Shown: positions 37,144 to 45,716 of the stretch, one piece after another
Layout: the number at the start of each line of letters is the position of its first letter
How positions within the stretch are numbered: the first letter of the stretch is position 1
NCBI GenBank assembly: GCA_005885035.1
Contig: VAXZ01000113.1
Span: forward strand, 1-48,115
Length of the DNA: 48,115 nt
DNA from: Actinomycetota bacterium
GTDB taxonomy: Bacteria; Actinomycetota; UBA4738; HRBIN12
Direction of reading: 5' to 3'
Translations under genes and position numbers: made by a program
The notes under the pieces: model-generated
The model's input: only the letters and a program-made list of their open reading frames with translations
What the model was told of the DNA's origin: nothing
Databases searched by the model: none

Positions 37144-38082
37144 GTGGCCCAGCGGGTAGCGGCGTCCGAACGCGGTGCCCGGAGGATCCGGGCACCGCGG
37201 TTCGTCATGGCGCTCCCCGCGTGGGTCTGGTTCCTGTCCTTCTTCACGCTGCCGGTGTTGTGGATCGTCTACTACTCGTTCGGCTACAAACCGGACATCT
37301 ACCACCCCATCGCGACCGACAAGCTCTCGCTGCATTCGTACCACGAAGCGTTCTCACGGGCGTTCGTGCACGTCTTCTCGCAGACACTGCAGATCTCGAT
37401 CATCGGCACGACCCTGTGCTTGCTGATCGGCTTCCCGTTCGCCTATTGGCTCGCGACACGAGTGTCACCTCGATGGCGAGGTGTTCTGCTCGGACTGGTG
37501 GTGGTGCCGTTCTTCGTGAACTTCCTGGTTCGCACGGTTGGCTGGCTCATCCTCTTGTCGCCAGCCGGCCCCGTCTCGAGTCTCCTGCAACGTTGGGGGG
37601 TCCGCAGCGAGCCGCTGCACCTGTTGCAAACCCGGGGAGCCGTCCAACTCGGCGTCGTCTACAACTACCTGGCGCTCATGATCCTGCCTCTCTTCGTGAC
37701 GCTCGACCGGCTGGATCCCGCGATGCGCGAGGCATCGAAGGACCTCGGCGCGAACCGCGCGAAGACCTTCCGCCAGATCACCCTTCCGCTGGCGGCTCCC
37801 GGCATCGTCGCCGGGTTGCTCCTGGTCTTCATCCCGCTGACCGGCGACTACATCACCGCATTGGTGCTGGGGGGTGCGAAAGGGAACATGGCCGGCGTCG
37901 TGGTCGCGAGTCAGTTCACGGTCGCGCAGGACTGGGCGCTCGGAGCGGCGCAGGCGGTGATCCTGATCGCCATGATCATGGGGACGGTCGCCGTGTTCGG
38001 TCTGTTCGCACTCGCGATCCGCACGATCGTCCGAGCGAGCCGCAGGATCACGCTCCCGCCGGTCGCGGAGGAGGCCGTGTGA
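37144..38082 (+). CDS. ABC transporter permease (PotB-like)
   Basis: GTG 37144. Six TM helices. EAA-loop region DPAMREASKDLGANRAKTFRQITLPLAAPG. Confidence 0.85.
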   Translation: MAQRVAASERGARRIRAPRFVMALPAWVWFLSFFTLPVLWIVYYSFGYKPDIYHPIATDKLSLHSYHEAFSRAFVHVFSQTLQISIIGTTLCLLIGFPFAYWLATRVSPRWRGVLLGLVVVPFFVNFLVRTVGWLILLSPAGPVSSLLQRWGVRSEPLHLLQTRGAVQLGVVYNYLALMILPLFVTLDRLDPAMREASKDLGANRAKTFRQITLPLAAPGIVAGLLLVFIPLTGDYITALVLGGAKGNMAGVVVASQFTVAQDWALGAAQAVILIAMIMGTVAVFGLFALAIRTIVRASRRITLPPVAEEAV

Positions 38083-38963
38083 GCGCCGTCGGAGCCGGCA
38101 GGAAAGGGCGTCGCCGGGACCTTGCCGACGTCGGGCTCCGTTCATGGGCGATCATCGTGTACGTGTTCCTTTTCCTTCCGATCCTCGTGATCGTCGTGTA
38201 CTCGTTCAACAATGGCCGGGCGATGATCACGTGGAACGGCGTCGGATTGAACGGTTATCGGACGGGCTTGACCGATCCCACCATCCGGGACGCGGTGAAG
38301 ACCTCGATCGTTGCGGCCGTGGGGACCGCCCTCATCGCGACCATCCTCGGGTCGTTCGCCGGGATCGCTTTGGCCAGGCGCAAGGGCAAGTGGACGATCT
38401 TGTTCTTGGCACTCGTGTTCCTGATCCTCGTGACACCCGAGATCGTCGAGGCCATCGCGCTCCTCCTCTGGTACGTCCGTCTCGGCGGACCATTCGGACC
38501 ACACACGCCCATCCCCGGCATCAGCTATGGGATGGTCCGCTTATGGGTAGGTCACTCATTGTTCGCGACGGCGGTCGTCACACTGATCGTCCGAGCGCGA
38601 CTCCAGGGGCTCGATGAGACGCTGGAGGAGGCGGCCGCCGATCTGTATGCCACGCCCGCGCGGAGGTTCCGACAGGTCACGCTCCCCCTCATGCTCCCCG
38701 CCGTGCTTGCCGGCGCCCTCCTCGCCTTCAGCTTCAGCCTCGACGACACGATCATCTCGTCGTTCGTGAGCGTTGCCGGTGCATCGCCGTGGCCGGTGTA
38801 CGTGTTCAGCGCGGTCCGCAACGCCCTTCGACCCGAGGTCGCCTCCGTGTCGACGCTCCTGCTGATGCTGACCTTGATCGCCATCGCGTCCGTGGCGCTC
38901 GTCCTGCGTCGGAGCGGTCAATCGAGCAAGGACGTCGCCAAGACGATGACGGTGGGTGGCTGA
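38079..38963 (+). CDS. ABC transporter permease (PotC-like)
   Basis: GTG 38079, in frame within ORF 37221..38963, overlaps the upstream stop by 4 nt. IVYVFLFLPILVIVVYSF. EAA loop DETLEEAAADLYATPARRFRQVTLPLMLPA. Confidence 0.85.
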   Translation: MSAVGAGRKGRRRDLADVGLRSWAIIVYVFLFLPILVIVVYSFNNGRAMITWNGVGLNGYRTGLTDPTIRDAVKTSIVAAVGTALIATILGSFAGIALARRKGKWTILFLALVFLILVTPEIVEAIALLLWYVRLGGPFGPHTPIPGISYGMVRLWVGHSLFATAVVTLIVRARLQGLDETLEEAAADLYATPARRFRQVTLPLMLPAVLAGALLAFSFSLDDTIISSFVSVAGASPWPVYVFSAVRNALRPEVASVSTLLLMLTLIAIASVALVLRRSGQSSKDVAKTMTVGG

Positions 38964-39018
38964 GCGCTCGCGCCGACCGCCGGCCGCTGCGCCCCGAACC
39001 GCTGAGATACTCGGGACC

Positions 39019-39375
39019 ATGAACACGCCGCCGTACGTCGCGGTGATCGGGGCGAGCAACGCCACGGAGTGGGAGCTGGCATCGGCCGAGCGTGTGGGGC
39101 AGTTGCTCGCGGAGGCGGGATACGTGCTCGTGTGTGGAGGGCTCGGGGGGGTGATGGATGCCGCCGCCCGCGGCTCCGCCGCGGGCGGCGGCATCTCGAT
39201 CGGCATCCTCCCGGACAACGAGCGCGACTCCGCGTCGCGTCACCTGACCGTGGCGATCGCGACCGGCTTCGGTGAGGCGCGCAACGTGATCGTCGCGCGG
39301 AGCGCCGACGCCGTGATCGCGGTCGGCGGTGACGCGGTCACGCAGCTCCGCCGGCTGCTCCCGCAGATGTCGTAG
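39019..39375 (+). CDS. TIGR00725/LOG-like Rossmann protein, apparently C-terminally truncated (possible pseudogene)
   Basis: ATG 39019. The sequence is YVAVIGASNA...VLVCGGLGGVMDAAARGSAAGGGISIGILP...ADAVIAVGG. The expected GxGTxxE motif and the last third of the fold are then replaced by DAVTQLRRLLPQMS and a stop. Confidence 0.5.
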   Translation: MNTPPYVAVIGASNATEWELASAERVGQLLAEAGYVLVCGGLGGVMDAAARGSAAGGGISIGILPDNERDSASRHLTVAIATGFGEARNVIVARSADAVIAVGGDAVTQLRRLLPQMS

Positions 39376-39436
39376 GGCTCACGGGGTTGACCAGGGTGCC
39401 GTCCGAGCGCACCATCGGGTCGTGTTCGACACCCCC

Positions 39437-39865
39437 ATGTTGTTCATCGTGCTCGCCACGACGTGGTCGGCCGTCGTGATCGAGCTGGTGATCGAGAGCG
39501 CGAGGACGAGGGGGCGGGAGCTGGTGGCGTTCGGCTCGGTCTTGGCCGCGCCGGGCGGCTTCGCCGGCATCTGGATCCTGTGTGGAGTGTCGGCCACCGC
39601 TGCGCTCGCCATGGTGACCGCGGTCGCGTATGCCCGCGGACGCCGGCTCGAGCGCCGGATGGCCGCGGAGCTCGACGGGCGCTGGGAGGAGATCTCCGAG
39701 CGCAGCGCCAGTGACGCGACCCGGATACGGTTGCTGTCCTGGCGCGTCGCCGAGCTCCAAACCTTGACCGACCGGCTGGCGGACGACCGCGCAGCGAGAA
39801 GGACCGGGCCTGCGCGGCTGGTCGTGGTGCCCGACTCGCCGAAGGATGTCGCCAGCGGTCGGTAA
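39437..39865 (+). CDS. hypothetical small membrane protein (two TM helices plus coiled-coil tail)
   Basis: ATG 39437. MLFIVLATTWSAVVIELVI and FAGIWILCGVSATAALAMVTAVAY, then an Arg/Glu-rich helical tail. I recognise no family, and the coding call is weak. Confidence 0.35.
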   Translation: MLFIVLATTWSAVVIELVIESARTRGRELVAFGSVLAAPGGFAGIWILCGVSATAALAMVTAVAYARGRRLERRMAAELDGRWEEISERSASDATRIRLLSWRVAELQTLTDRLADDRAARRTGPARLVVVPDSPKDVASGR

Positions 39866-39976
39866 GGTTCGCGGATCGCTCCCCCTCCCGATGAGTCGGA
39901 AGTGGAAAGCGTGCACGGTGACCGTCGTGAACCCGATCCTTGGTTGCCGGAAGATCCGGGGGTGTAGGTCGCAGGC

Positions 39977-39996
39977 CGACCTCACATCTGAGGTCG
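39977..39996. terminator. 8-bp perfect hairpin between converging genes (candidate U-tract-less terminator)
   Basis: CGACCTCA-catc-TGAGGTCG, located between the 39865 (+) and 40085 (-) gene ends. Confidence 0.3.
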
Positions 39997-40084
39997 CGTG
40001 AGGAGGATGTCGGAGGGCTCCGCGACACGTGGAAACGATGGCTGCCTGATGTGCCGCAGAGCCCCCGAGCGGGCGGATCGTGAG

Positions 40085-41680
40085 TCAGCGACCGCGGAGC
40101 TTCGCGATCCCGTTGCGGAGGGCGACCTTCTCGCCCGGCGCGAGCCCGAACGCGAGCAGCGCCGGCACGTAGGCGATGCCCCCGAGCACTGCCACCGTCA
40201 CGAGCTGGACGTACCACTTCGTGTCGGCGACCGCCACGTGCACCGCCACCATCACGACGGCGCACACCATGGCCGGAACGACGAGCCGCGCGTAGGTGCG
40301 ATCCCACGGGAAGATCCCGACGAACCGCCGGACCAGTGCGAGCCGGAGCCAGTTCGACGCCGTGATCGTGATCGCCTGCGCGGCTGCGGCACCATCGATC
40401 CCGAACCGGGGTACCAGTAGCCAGGCGAGCGTGAGATCGAGCGCCGCAGACGTCGCGTAGACGACCAGGTCCCAGCCCGTCCGACCGGCCATGATCAGGA
40501 CGAACCCCGCGGCACCGACGCTCACGTTGATCGCCTGCCCCACCACCAGGATCCGAAGGGCATCGCTCCCGGTCGCGAACCGTCCGCCGCCGAACACCTG
40601 CAGGATCGCTTGCGGGACGATCAGCATCAGCAGCAACAGCGGGATCGTGCCGGCGACCGTCCAGCGCGTGATCGCCTTGAACAGCGCGTCCAGCCGATCG
40701 CGTTCGCCGCGCGCGTGGAGGTCCGCGACGAAGGGCGAGAACACGTACGAGACGGCGGTCAGGAACAGCACCATCGCGAGCGCGACGCGAACGCACGCCG
40801 AGTAGACGCCCACCTCCTCGGCGGTGACGTATCCGGCGCCGATGAAATGCGACGCGACGAAGTAATCGATCCAGAAGAGGCCTTGGGAGAGCAGGGCGGC
40901 GGGCGCGCGTGGCGCGCCGTAGCGCACGAGCACGCTCGCCGTCCCCGGCTCGAGCTCCTCGCGCGCGTGCCCGCCACTGATCGAGCTCCAGAGGAACCGC
41001 GCCGCCACCGACGACAGGCACCACGACGCCGCGTACGCCCAGACCGCCATCGCCTCGGTCTTGTGGATCTGCCAGAGGACGAGCATCAGGACGATCCAGA
41101 GCAGCGGCTGGGCCATCCACTGCACGTAGAGCGTGTGGCGCATCACCTTCAGGCCACGGCCGCCGGCGACCCAGACGTAGGTGAGCGCGACGAACGGGAT
41201 CGCGACGGCGGCCGCGCGGAGCGCGGCCGCCGTCGGCCCCGCGGTCTGCGCGTCCCCGAGCGCCCGGCCCACCGGCCCGGCGACCAGGTACACGACGATC
41301 CCGACGGCGATCGATATCGCCGCCGCGATCTGGATCGCCTTCCCCACCAGCGGCCGGATCCGTCCCGGATGCCCGGCCCCGATGTCGATCGCCACGTACC
41401 GGACCGCTGCCATGTCCATCCCGAACCGCGTCCCGGCCGCGACGATGAACGCGAACTGCGTGCCGATCGTCACGATCCCGAGCGCGACGGCGCCGGTCCC
41501 GCCACCGCCGAACGCTCGCGCGATCAGGATGTTCGCCGCGAACGTGCCGACCACGAACACCGCCAACCCGACGATGTTCTGCGCGGTGCCAGCCGCAAGT
41601 ACCCGAAAGTCCTTGCCACTGGTGCCCGAGAAGACGCCGGGAGGGCGCGCGGCCGACTCGAGCCGGCCTTCTTCCTCCAT
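40085..41680 (-). CDS. MOP-superfamily polysaccharide/oligosaccharide flippase (Wzx-like polysaccharide biosynthesis protein)
   Basis: ATG 41680 (MEEEGRLE), 29 nt after the upstream stop. About 14 TM helices. N-terminal LAAGTAQNIVGLAVFVVGTFAANILIARAFG is typical of this family. Confidence 0.8.
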   Translation of the reverse strand: MEEEGRLESAARPPGVFSGTSGKDFRVLAAGTAQNIVGLAVFVVGTFAANILIARAFGGGGTGAVALGIVTIGTQFAFIVAAGTRFGMDMAAVRYVAIDIGAGHPGRIRPLVGKAIQIAAAISIAVGIVVYLVAGPVGRALGDAQTAGPTAAALRAAAVAIPFVALTYVWVAGGRGLKVMRHTLYVQWMAQPLLWIVLMLVLWQIHKTEAMAVWAYAASWCLSSVAARFLWSSISGGHAREELEPGTASVLVRYGAPRAPAALLSQGLFWIDYFVASHFIGAGYVTAEEVGVYSACVRVALAMVLFLTAVSYVFSPFVADLHARGERDRLDALFKAITRWTVAGTIPLLLLMLIVPQAILQVFGGGRFATGSDALRILVVGQAINVSVGAAGFVLIMAGRTGWDLVVYATSAALDLTLAWLLVPRFGIDGAAAAQAITITASNWLRLALVRRFVGIFPWDRTYARLVVPAMVCAVVMVAVHVAVADTKWYVQLVTVAVLGGIAYVPALLAFGLAPGEKVALRNGIAKLRGR

Positions 41681-41709
41681 GTCCACGGGCGGGAAGTATC
41701 CCAGGGGCC

Positions 41710-44505
41710 TCAGGCCGAAGCCGCGTTCGTGCGGGCGACCCACGGCTGCGCGCCGAGCGCGCCGAACCCCTCGCGCGCGTCAGCGAAGGCCGTCGTCGCC
41801 TCGTTATCCCGGCCGAGCGCTCGCAGGCAGCGGCCGCGGCCGAGGGCCGCGGCCGCTGCCTCGAACGTACATCCGTACGCTCGCCATCGCTCCTGCACGT
41901 TCGCGTACCGAGACGCGGCGCGCTCGGTGTCACCGTCCATCTCGGACACCATCGCGTTCGCCGCGTCCGCGTACAGCTGCTCGAGGGGCGTCGTGACGTC
42001 GAGCCGGCCGATCCTTCGCGCGAGGTCTGCGTCGCCGAGGTCGAAGCACACCCGCACCGCCGACGTGGCGTTCGTCGCCCGATAGGTCGCTACCAGACCC
42101 CGCGTTGCCTCCTCGAACTCGACGATGTACGCGCGGGCGAGGGCTCGGTCGCCCCGTGCCAACGCGATCCTCGCCGCGACCGTCGAGGCGAGCGCCAGCA
42201 TCTGCTGCTCGCCGGTACGCCGGGCCGGACCGATCAGCTCGGCGGGATCATCGAGCCCTTCTCGTTCGCCGCGGGCGAGCAGCAGCCCCGCACGCGTGCT
42301 TCGCAGCACCACGAGCAGCGGCGGTTCGATCCGGTCGGGACCCAACGCTAGCAATCCGTCCACCAGCCGGAGCACGTCGTCCCAGCGACCGAGCTCCACG
42401 AGAGCGCTCAGGGACGCGACCTTCGCCTGCGTCCCTTGGTTGAACGCGCCGCGGTGCTCGGCGAGCGTCACCGCCTCCTCGTAGGCCTCGAGGCCAGCTT
42501 CCGGGCCGTTCATGAGGGACAGCCATTCGGCAACGTAGGTGCGGGAGATCACGATGTCGGAGGCGCTCCCACGCGCCGTGGCGATCTCCAACGCCTCCCG
42601 CAGATCATCCAATCCACCGATGTCACCGGCGGAACAACGTCCATCGCCGCGGATGTGCAGCGCCACGATCATGACCTCCGGCGAATCGAGCGCGCGGCCC
42701 AGCTCCAGCCCGCGCTCCGCCCACGCCAGCGAATCCTCCAGGTGCCCAGCGAACATCTCCTCCTCCGCGCGGAACGCGAACGCCTTCGCCAGCTCGACGC
42801 CGGGAGGCAACGGCTCAAGGAGCGAAACGGCCTCGTCGTACGCCGCTCGAGCGCCCGCGGCTTCCCCCAGCGCCCCGAGGTGCACGCCCAGTCGAACGAG
42901 CGCGTCGCCGATCCGGCGAGGATCGCCACCGATCCGTTCGAGGACGAGGGACGCTTGGAGCCGCGAGAGCGACTCGATGCCAGGCAGCATGCCAGCGTAG
43001 CGGCCGAGCACCCCGGTCCTCGCCAGGGTGTACGCGAGGGCTTCCGACCGTTCGGCCGCCAGCGCTCGAGCCCGATCGTAGAGCGCGAAGGCTCCGGCCT
43101 CGTCGACGCGAGCGGCCAGGTCGCCCGCGGCGACGAGCCATCGGACAGCGGACTCCCGAGCCGCTTCTTCGACATCGGTCTCGCCGGACGCCGACGCCTG
43201 TTCGGCAGCGCTCGCGAAGTGGTTCGCCAGGAGGTCGACGGGTGCGCCTGCGAGCGAACCGGCCACAGCCTCCAACCATCGCCCCACCCCGAGATGCTTG
43301 GCGGCCCGGATCCGGCGTGGGAGCCGCTCGTACGCCACCTCCCGGATCAACGCATGCGTGAAGCCGTACTCGTGCTCGGCCGGGACCAGCGAGGAAGCGG
43401 ACGTGGATACGAGTCCTCGGCGGACGCTCTCCCCGAGCACTTCCAGGATCGCCGGCTCGTCGCCCTCGCCGTCGGCGAGGGCGACGAGCGCCCCCGGCCA
43501 GAACGCCGTGCCGACAACGGCCGCATCCTGCAGCACCGCGCGCTGCTCGCGCGGGATCGCGTCCAGCCGGGCACCGATCACGGCCCGGACCGACGTCGGC
43601 ACCGTCGCCGCGCCGCCGGGAGCCTCCTGCAGCATCCGAACGAGCTCGAGGGCGAAGAGCGGGTTGCCACCCGACCGCTCGATCACCGCCTCCCGGACGT
43701 CATCCGGGACGGATTCGTCCACCACCAGCCCACCAACGAGCTCCCGCGACTCCTCCTTCGAGAGCTCCGAGAGCCGGATCTCAGCGCCGATCGGGAGCTG
43801 GACAACGTCTGGACGGGCTGTGCAGAGCACGAGCATCGGAAGGCCGGCGAACGACTCTGCGAGGTTCCTGATCGCGTCGAGGAGCGCCGGCTCGGCCCAG
43901 TGGATGTCTTCGATCGCGATCACGGCCGGCGCACTCGCCGCCGCGTGCGCAAGGAGCCTTGCGCACGCGGCGGCGGTTTCGGCCGCAGGGATCGACGCAG
44001 GATCCCCGTCGCCCGCATCGGGCTCGAGACCGAGCAGCGGTTCCAATCGGGCGAGCAGCCACGCGCGCTCGGGGATGGACGGCTCAGCGCGCTCCACGAG
44101 CGCGCGGAGCCGGCCGCGTGCCGAGGGCGCGTCCGGGCCGCGCCGGATGCCCGTGGCTGCGCGCACAAGGTCCGCGAGCGCTCGGAAGGTCACGTCCTCT
44201 CCGTAGGGCACGCATGCCCCTTGGAGCCAGGTCACCCCCACAAGCCTCCGCCGAAACTCCTGGAGGAGCCGAGTCTTCCCGATGCCTGGTGGGGAAACCA
44301 CGGTCAGGGACGCCTCGGTTCGCTCGGATACCGTGCGATCGAAGAGCTCCCGCAGGAGCGCGAGCTCCCGGCTCCGACCGACGAGCCGCGTCGGCTCCGG
44401 GCTGTCCTCCCGTTCCCCTCGTTCGCCGAGCACGCGCCAGACGGCGATCGGCGCGGCCTTGCCCTTGCACGTCGCCAGCGACGGCCTCCCCGACCTGCGG
44501 CCCAC
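41710..44505 (-). CDS. AAA/STAND-type ATPase with long TPR-like C-terminal region; continuation of a frameshifted cyclase fusion
   Basis: Begins ...LATCKGKAAPIAVWRVLGE (the end of a class III cyclase fold). Then RSRELALLRELF and Walker A VVSPPGIGKTRLL. Walker B region VIAIEDIHWAE. About 450 aa of helical repeats follow. I see no LuxR-type HTH. Confidence 0.8.
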   Translation of the reverse strand: MGRRSGRPSLATCKGKAAPIAVWRVLGERGEREDSPEPTRLVGRSRELALLRELFDRTVSERTEASLTVVSPPGIGKTRLLQEFRRRLVGVTWLQGACVPYGEDVTFRALADLVRAATGIRRGPDAPSARGRLRALVERAEPSIPERAWLLARLEPLLGLEPDAGDGDPASIPAAETAAACARLLAHAAASAPAVIAIEDIHWAEPALLDAIRNLAESFAGLPMLVLCTARPDVVQLPIGAEIRLSELSKEESRELVGGLVVDESVPDDVREAVIERSGGNPLFALELVRMLQEAPGGAATVPTSVRAVIGARLDAIPREQRAVLQDAAVVGTAFWPGALVALADGEGDEPAILEVLGESVRRGLVSTSASSLVPAEHEYGFTHALIREVAYERLPRRIRAAKHLGVGRWLEAVAGSLAGAPVDLLANHFASAAEQASASGETDVEEAARESAVRWLVAAGDLAARVDEAGAFALYDRARALAAERSEALAYTLARTGVLGRYAGMLPGIESLSRLQASLVLERIGGDPRRIGDALVRLGVHLGALGEAAGARAAYDEAVSLLEPLPPGVELAKAFAFRAEEEMFAGHLEDSLAWAERGLELGRALDSPEVMIVALHIRGDGRCSAGDIGGLDDLREALEIATARGSASDIVISRTYVAEWLSLMNGPEAGLEAYEEAVTLAEHRGAFNQGTQAKVASLSALVELGRWDDVLRLVDGLLALGPDRIEPPLLVVLRSTRAGLLLARGEREGLDDPAELIGPARRTGEQQMLALASTVAARIALARGDRALARAYIVEFEEATRGLVATYRATNATSAVRVCFDLGDADLARRIGRLDVTTPLEQLYADAANAMVSEMDGDTERAASRYANVQERWRAYGCTFEAAAAALGRGRCLRALGRDNEATTAFADAREGFGALGAQPWVARTNAASA

Positions 44506-44911
44506 GACCGGGAGTCACGACCGCGTCGCCGGTGTTCACGGCGACACGTACGGATCCCGCCGCGACCGTGGCCAAGAGATCCATCGCCGCACGCACCGCT
44601 CGCTCGGGATCGTCCTCGTGTGCGACCGGGGCGCCGAATACACCCATCGCGGCGTCGCCGATGAACTTGTCGAGCGTTCCGCCGAACCGTTCGATGGCGG
44701 CCTTCGCCGCCGTATGGAACGGGATCAGCGTCCGGCGGACGTCCTCGGGGTCCGCCGCGTCCGACCGTTCCGTGAAGCCCACGAGGTCTGCGAACAAGAT
44801 GGAGATGACCCGCCGCTCCTCGGTGGGTGTTGGTTCGAGGGACGCCCCGCAGGCCATGCAGAACCTCGCCACGTCGGGGTTGTCCGTCCCACACGTCGAG
44901 CAGGCAAGCAC
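44084..44911 (-). CDS. zinc-ribbon plus truncated class III adenylate/guanylate cyclase domain (N-terminal fragment; the last ~130 codons are out of frame)
   Basis: GTG 44911. CSTCGTDNPDVARFCMACG zinc ribbon. Cyclase motifs: VISILFADLVGFTERSD, KFIGDAAMGVFGAP, VRVAVNTGDAVV, AVAGDV. The translation then turns Arg/Gly-rich while the other frame continues the cyclase fold. Confidence 0.6.
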   Translation of the reverse strand: MLACSTCGTDNPDVARFCMACGASLEPTPTEERRVISILFADLVGFTERSDAADPEDVRRTLIPFHTAAKAAIERFGGTLDKFIGDAAMGVFGAPVAHEDDPERAVRAAMDLLATVAAGSVRVAVNTGDAVVTPGRGPQVGEAVAGDVQGQGRADRRLARARRTRGTGGQPGADAARRSEPGARAPAGALRSHGIRANRGVPDRGFPTRHREDSAPPGVSAEACGGDLAPRGMRALRRGRDLPSARGPCARSHGHPARPGRALGTRPAPRARGAR

Positions 44912-45004
44912 GCGGCGAGTGTAAGGAAGGTCGCCACTCTCGACGGCACGTCCAAGCCGAACCGTTCGCCCCTACCTTTTGGCAGAACCCGGAAGGAGAA
45001 ACGG

Positions 45005-45142
45005 ATGCTTCGCATGATTCCCCTCGCCCTCGTGGCTGCGCTCACGGTGGCCGCGTGCGCGAGGAGCAACACGTCGATCACACCGGCCGCGTCCAGATAT
45101 CGATCTCCCAGGTCGCGCGGACCGCTGCACCAAGAAGTGTGA
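45005..45142 (+). CDS. candidate 45-aa lipoprotein
   Basis: An ATG preceded by GGAAGGAGA at 5 nt. MLRMIPLALVAALTVAAC is a lipoprotein signal peptide with a lipobox. It lies in an otherwise empty ~400-nt intergenic region. Confidence 0.35.
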   Translation: MLRMIPLALVAALTVAACARSNTSITPAASRYRSPRSRGPLHQEV

Positions 45143-45160
45143 CAAGAACGCCCGTCCCGC

Positions 45161-45190
45161 TTGACGCCTCGTATCCGGCGACCGTAGGGT
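45161..45190 (+). promoter_or_regulatory. candidate housekeeping-sigma promoter TTGACG-N18-TAGGGT
   Basis: TTGACG at 45161-45166 and TAGGGT at 45185-45190. It would give a ~118-nt G-rich leader before the VOC/glycosylase operon. Confidence 0.3.
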
Positions 45191-45314
45191 TCCGGCTGTC
45201 CTCATCGGATGGAACCGGGGACGGGGGAAGGCAAGGGACGCTAGCCGATACCCCGGGGTCCCGGACTGGCCGCAAGGTTAGTTCGTCCGGAACTATCCGG
45301 TGGGGGCACTTTTC

Positions 45315-45716
45315 ATGTCCGAACCGCTCTTCCTTTCCCTGGACTTCCTGTACACGCCGAGTCGCGACGTCGCCGCCGACCTCGTCGTCTTCGAAGACAT
45401 GCTCGGTGCTCGCGTTCGCTTCGCGATCGACGGCATGGGGACACGCGTAGCGGCGGTCGAGCTGGCCGAGGGCGCGCCGCTCATCCTGCTTGCCGACCAT
45501 CTGGAGGGCGAACGCCCCATCGCCGTGTTCCGCGTCGACGATCTCCCGACAACGATGAACGAGCTCCGATCGCGTGGATGGAGTCCGTTCCGGACCTTCG
45601 AGATCCCGCACGGCCCGTGCTGCTCGTTCACGACCTCGGGAGGGCACGGGATCGCGCTCTATCAGCTGACGAGGCCCGAGGTGGCCGAGCACTTCGAGGG
45701 ACGTCGCGACTTCTGA
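45315..45716 (+). CDS. VOC (glyoxalase/bleomycin-resistance/dioxygenase) family protein
   Basis: ATG 45315. LDFLYTPSRDV...FRVDDLPTTMNELRSRGW...IPHGPCCSFTTSGGHGIALYQ is a typical VOC beta-alpha-beta-beta-beta pattern. Confidence 0.8.
   Translation: MSEPLFLSLDFLYTPSRDVAADLVVFEDMLGARVRFAIDGMGTRVAAVELAEGAPLILLADHLEGERPIAVFRVDDLPTTMNELRSRGWSPFRTFEIPHGPCCSFTTSGGHGIALYQLTRPEVAEHFEGRRDF

Noticed and set aside
39444-41933. 829-aa minus-strand ORF
   Set aside because: It is an extremely Arg/Gly/Ala-rich frame overlapping the flippase gene (40085..41680) and the spacer. It has no TM helices or motifs, whereas the flippase frame is a coherent 14-TM protein.
42436-44664. 742-aa plus-strand ORF
   Set aside because: It is antisense to the AAA/TPR gene, with a low-complexity Arg/Pro/Glu composition and no motifs. 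The minus strand carries Walker A/B motifs and a cyclase fold.
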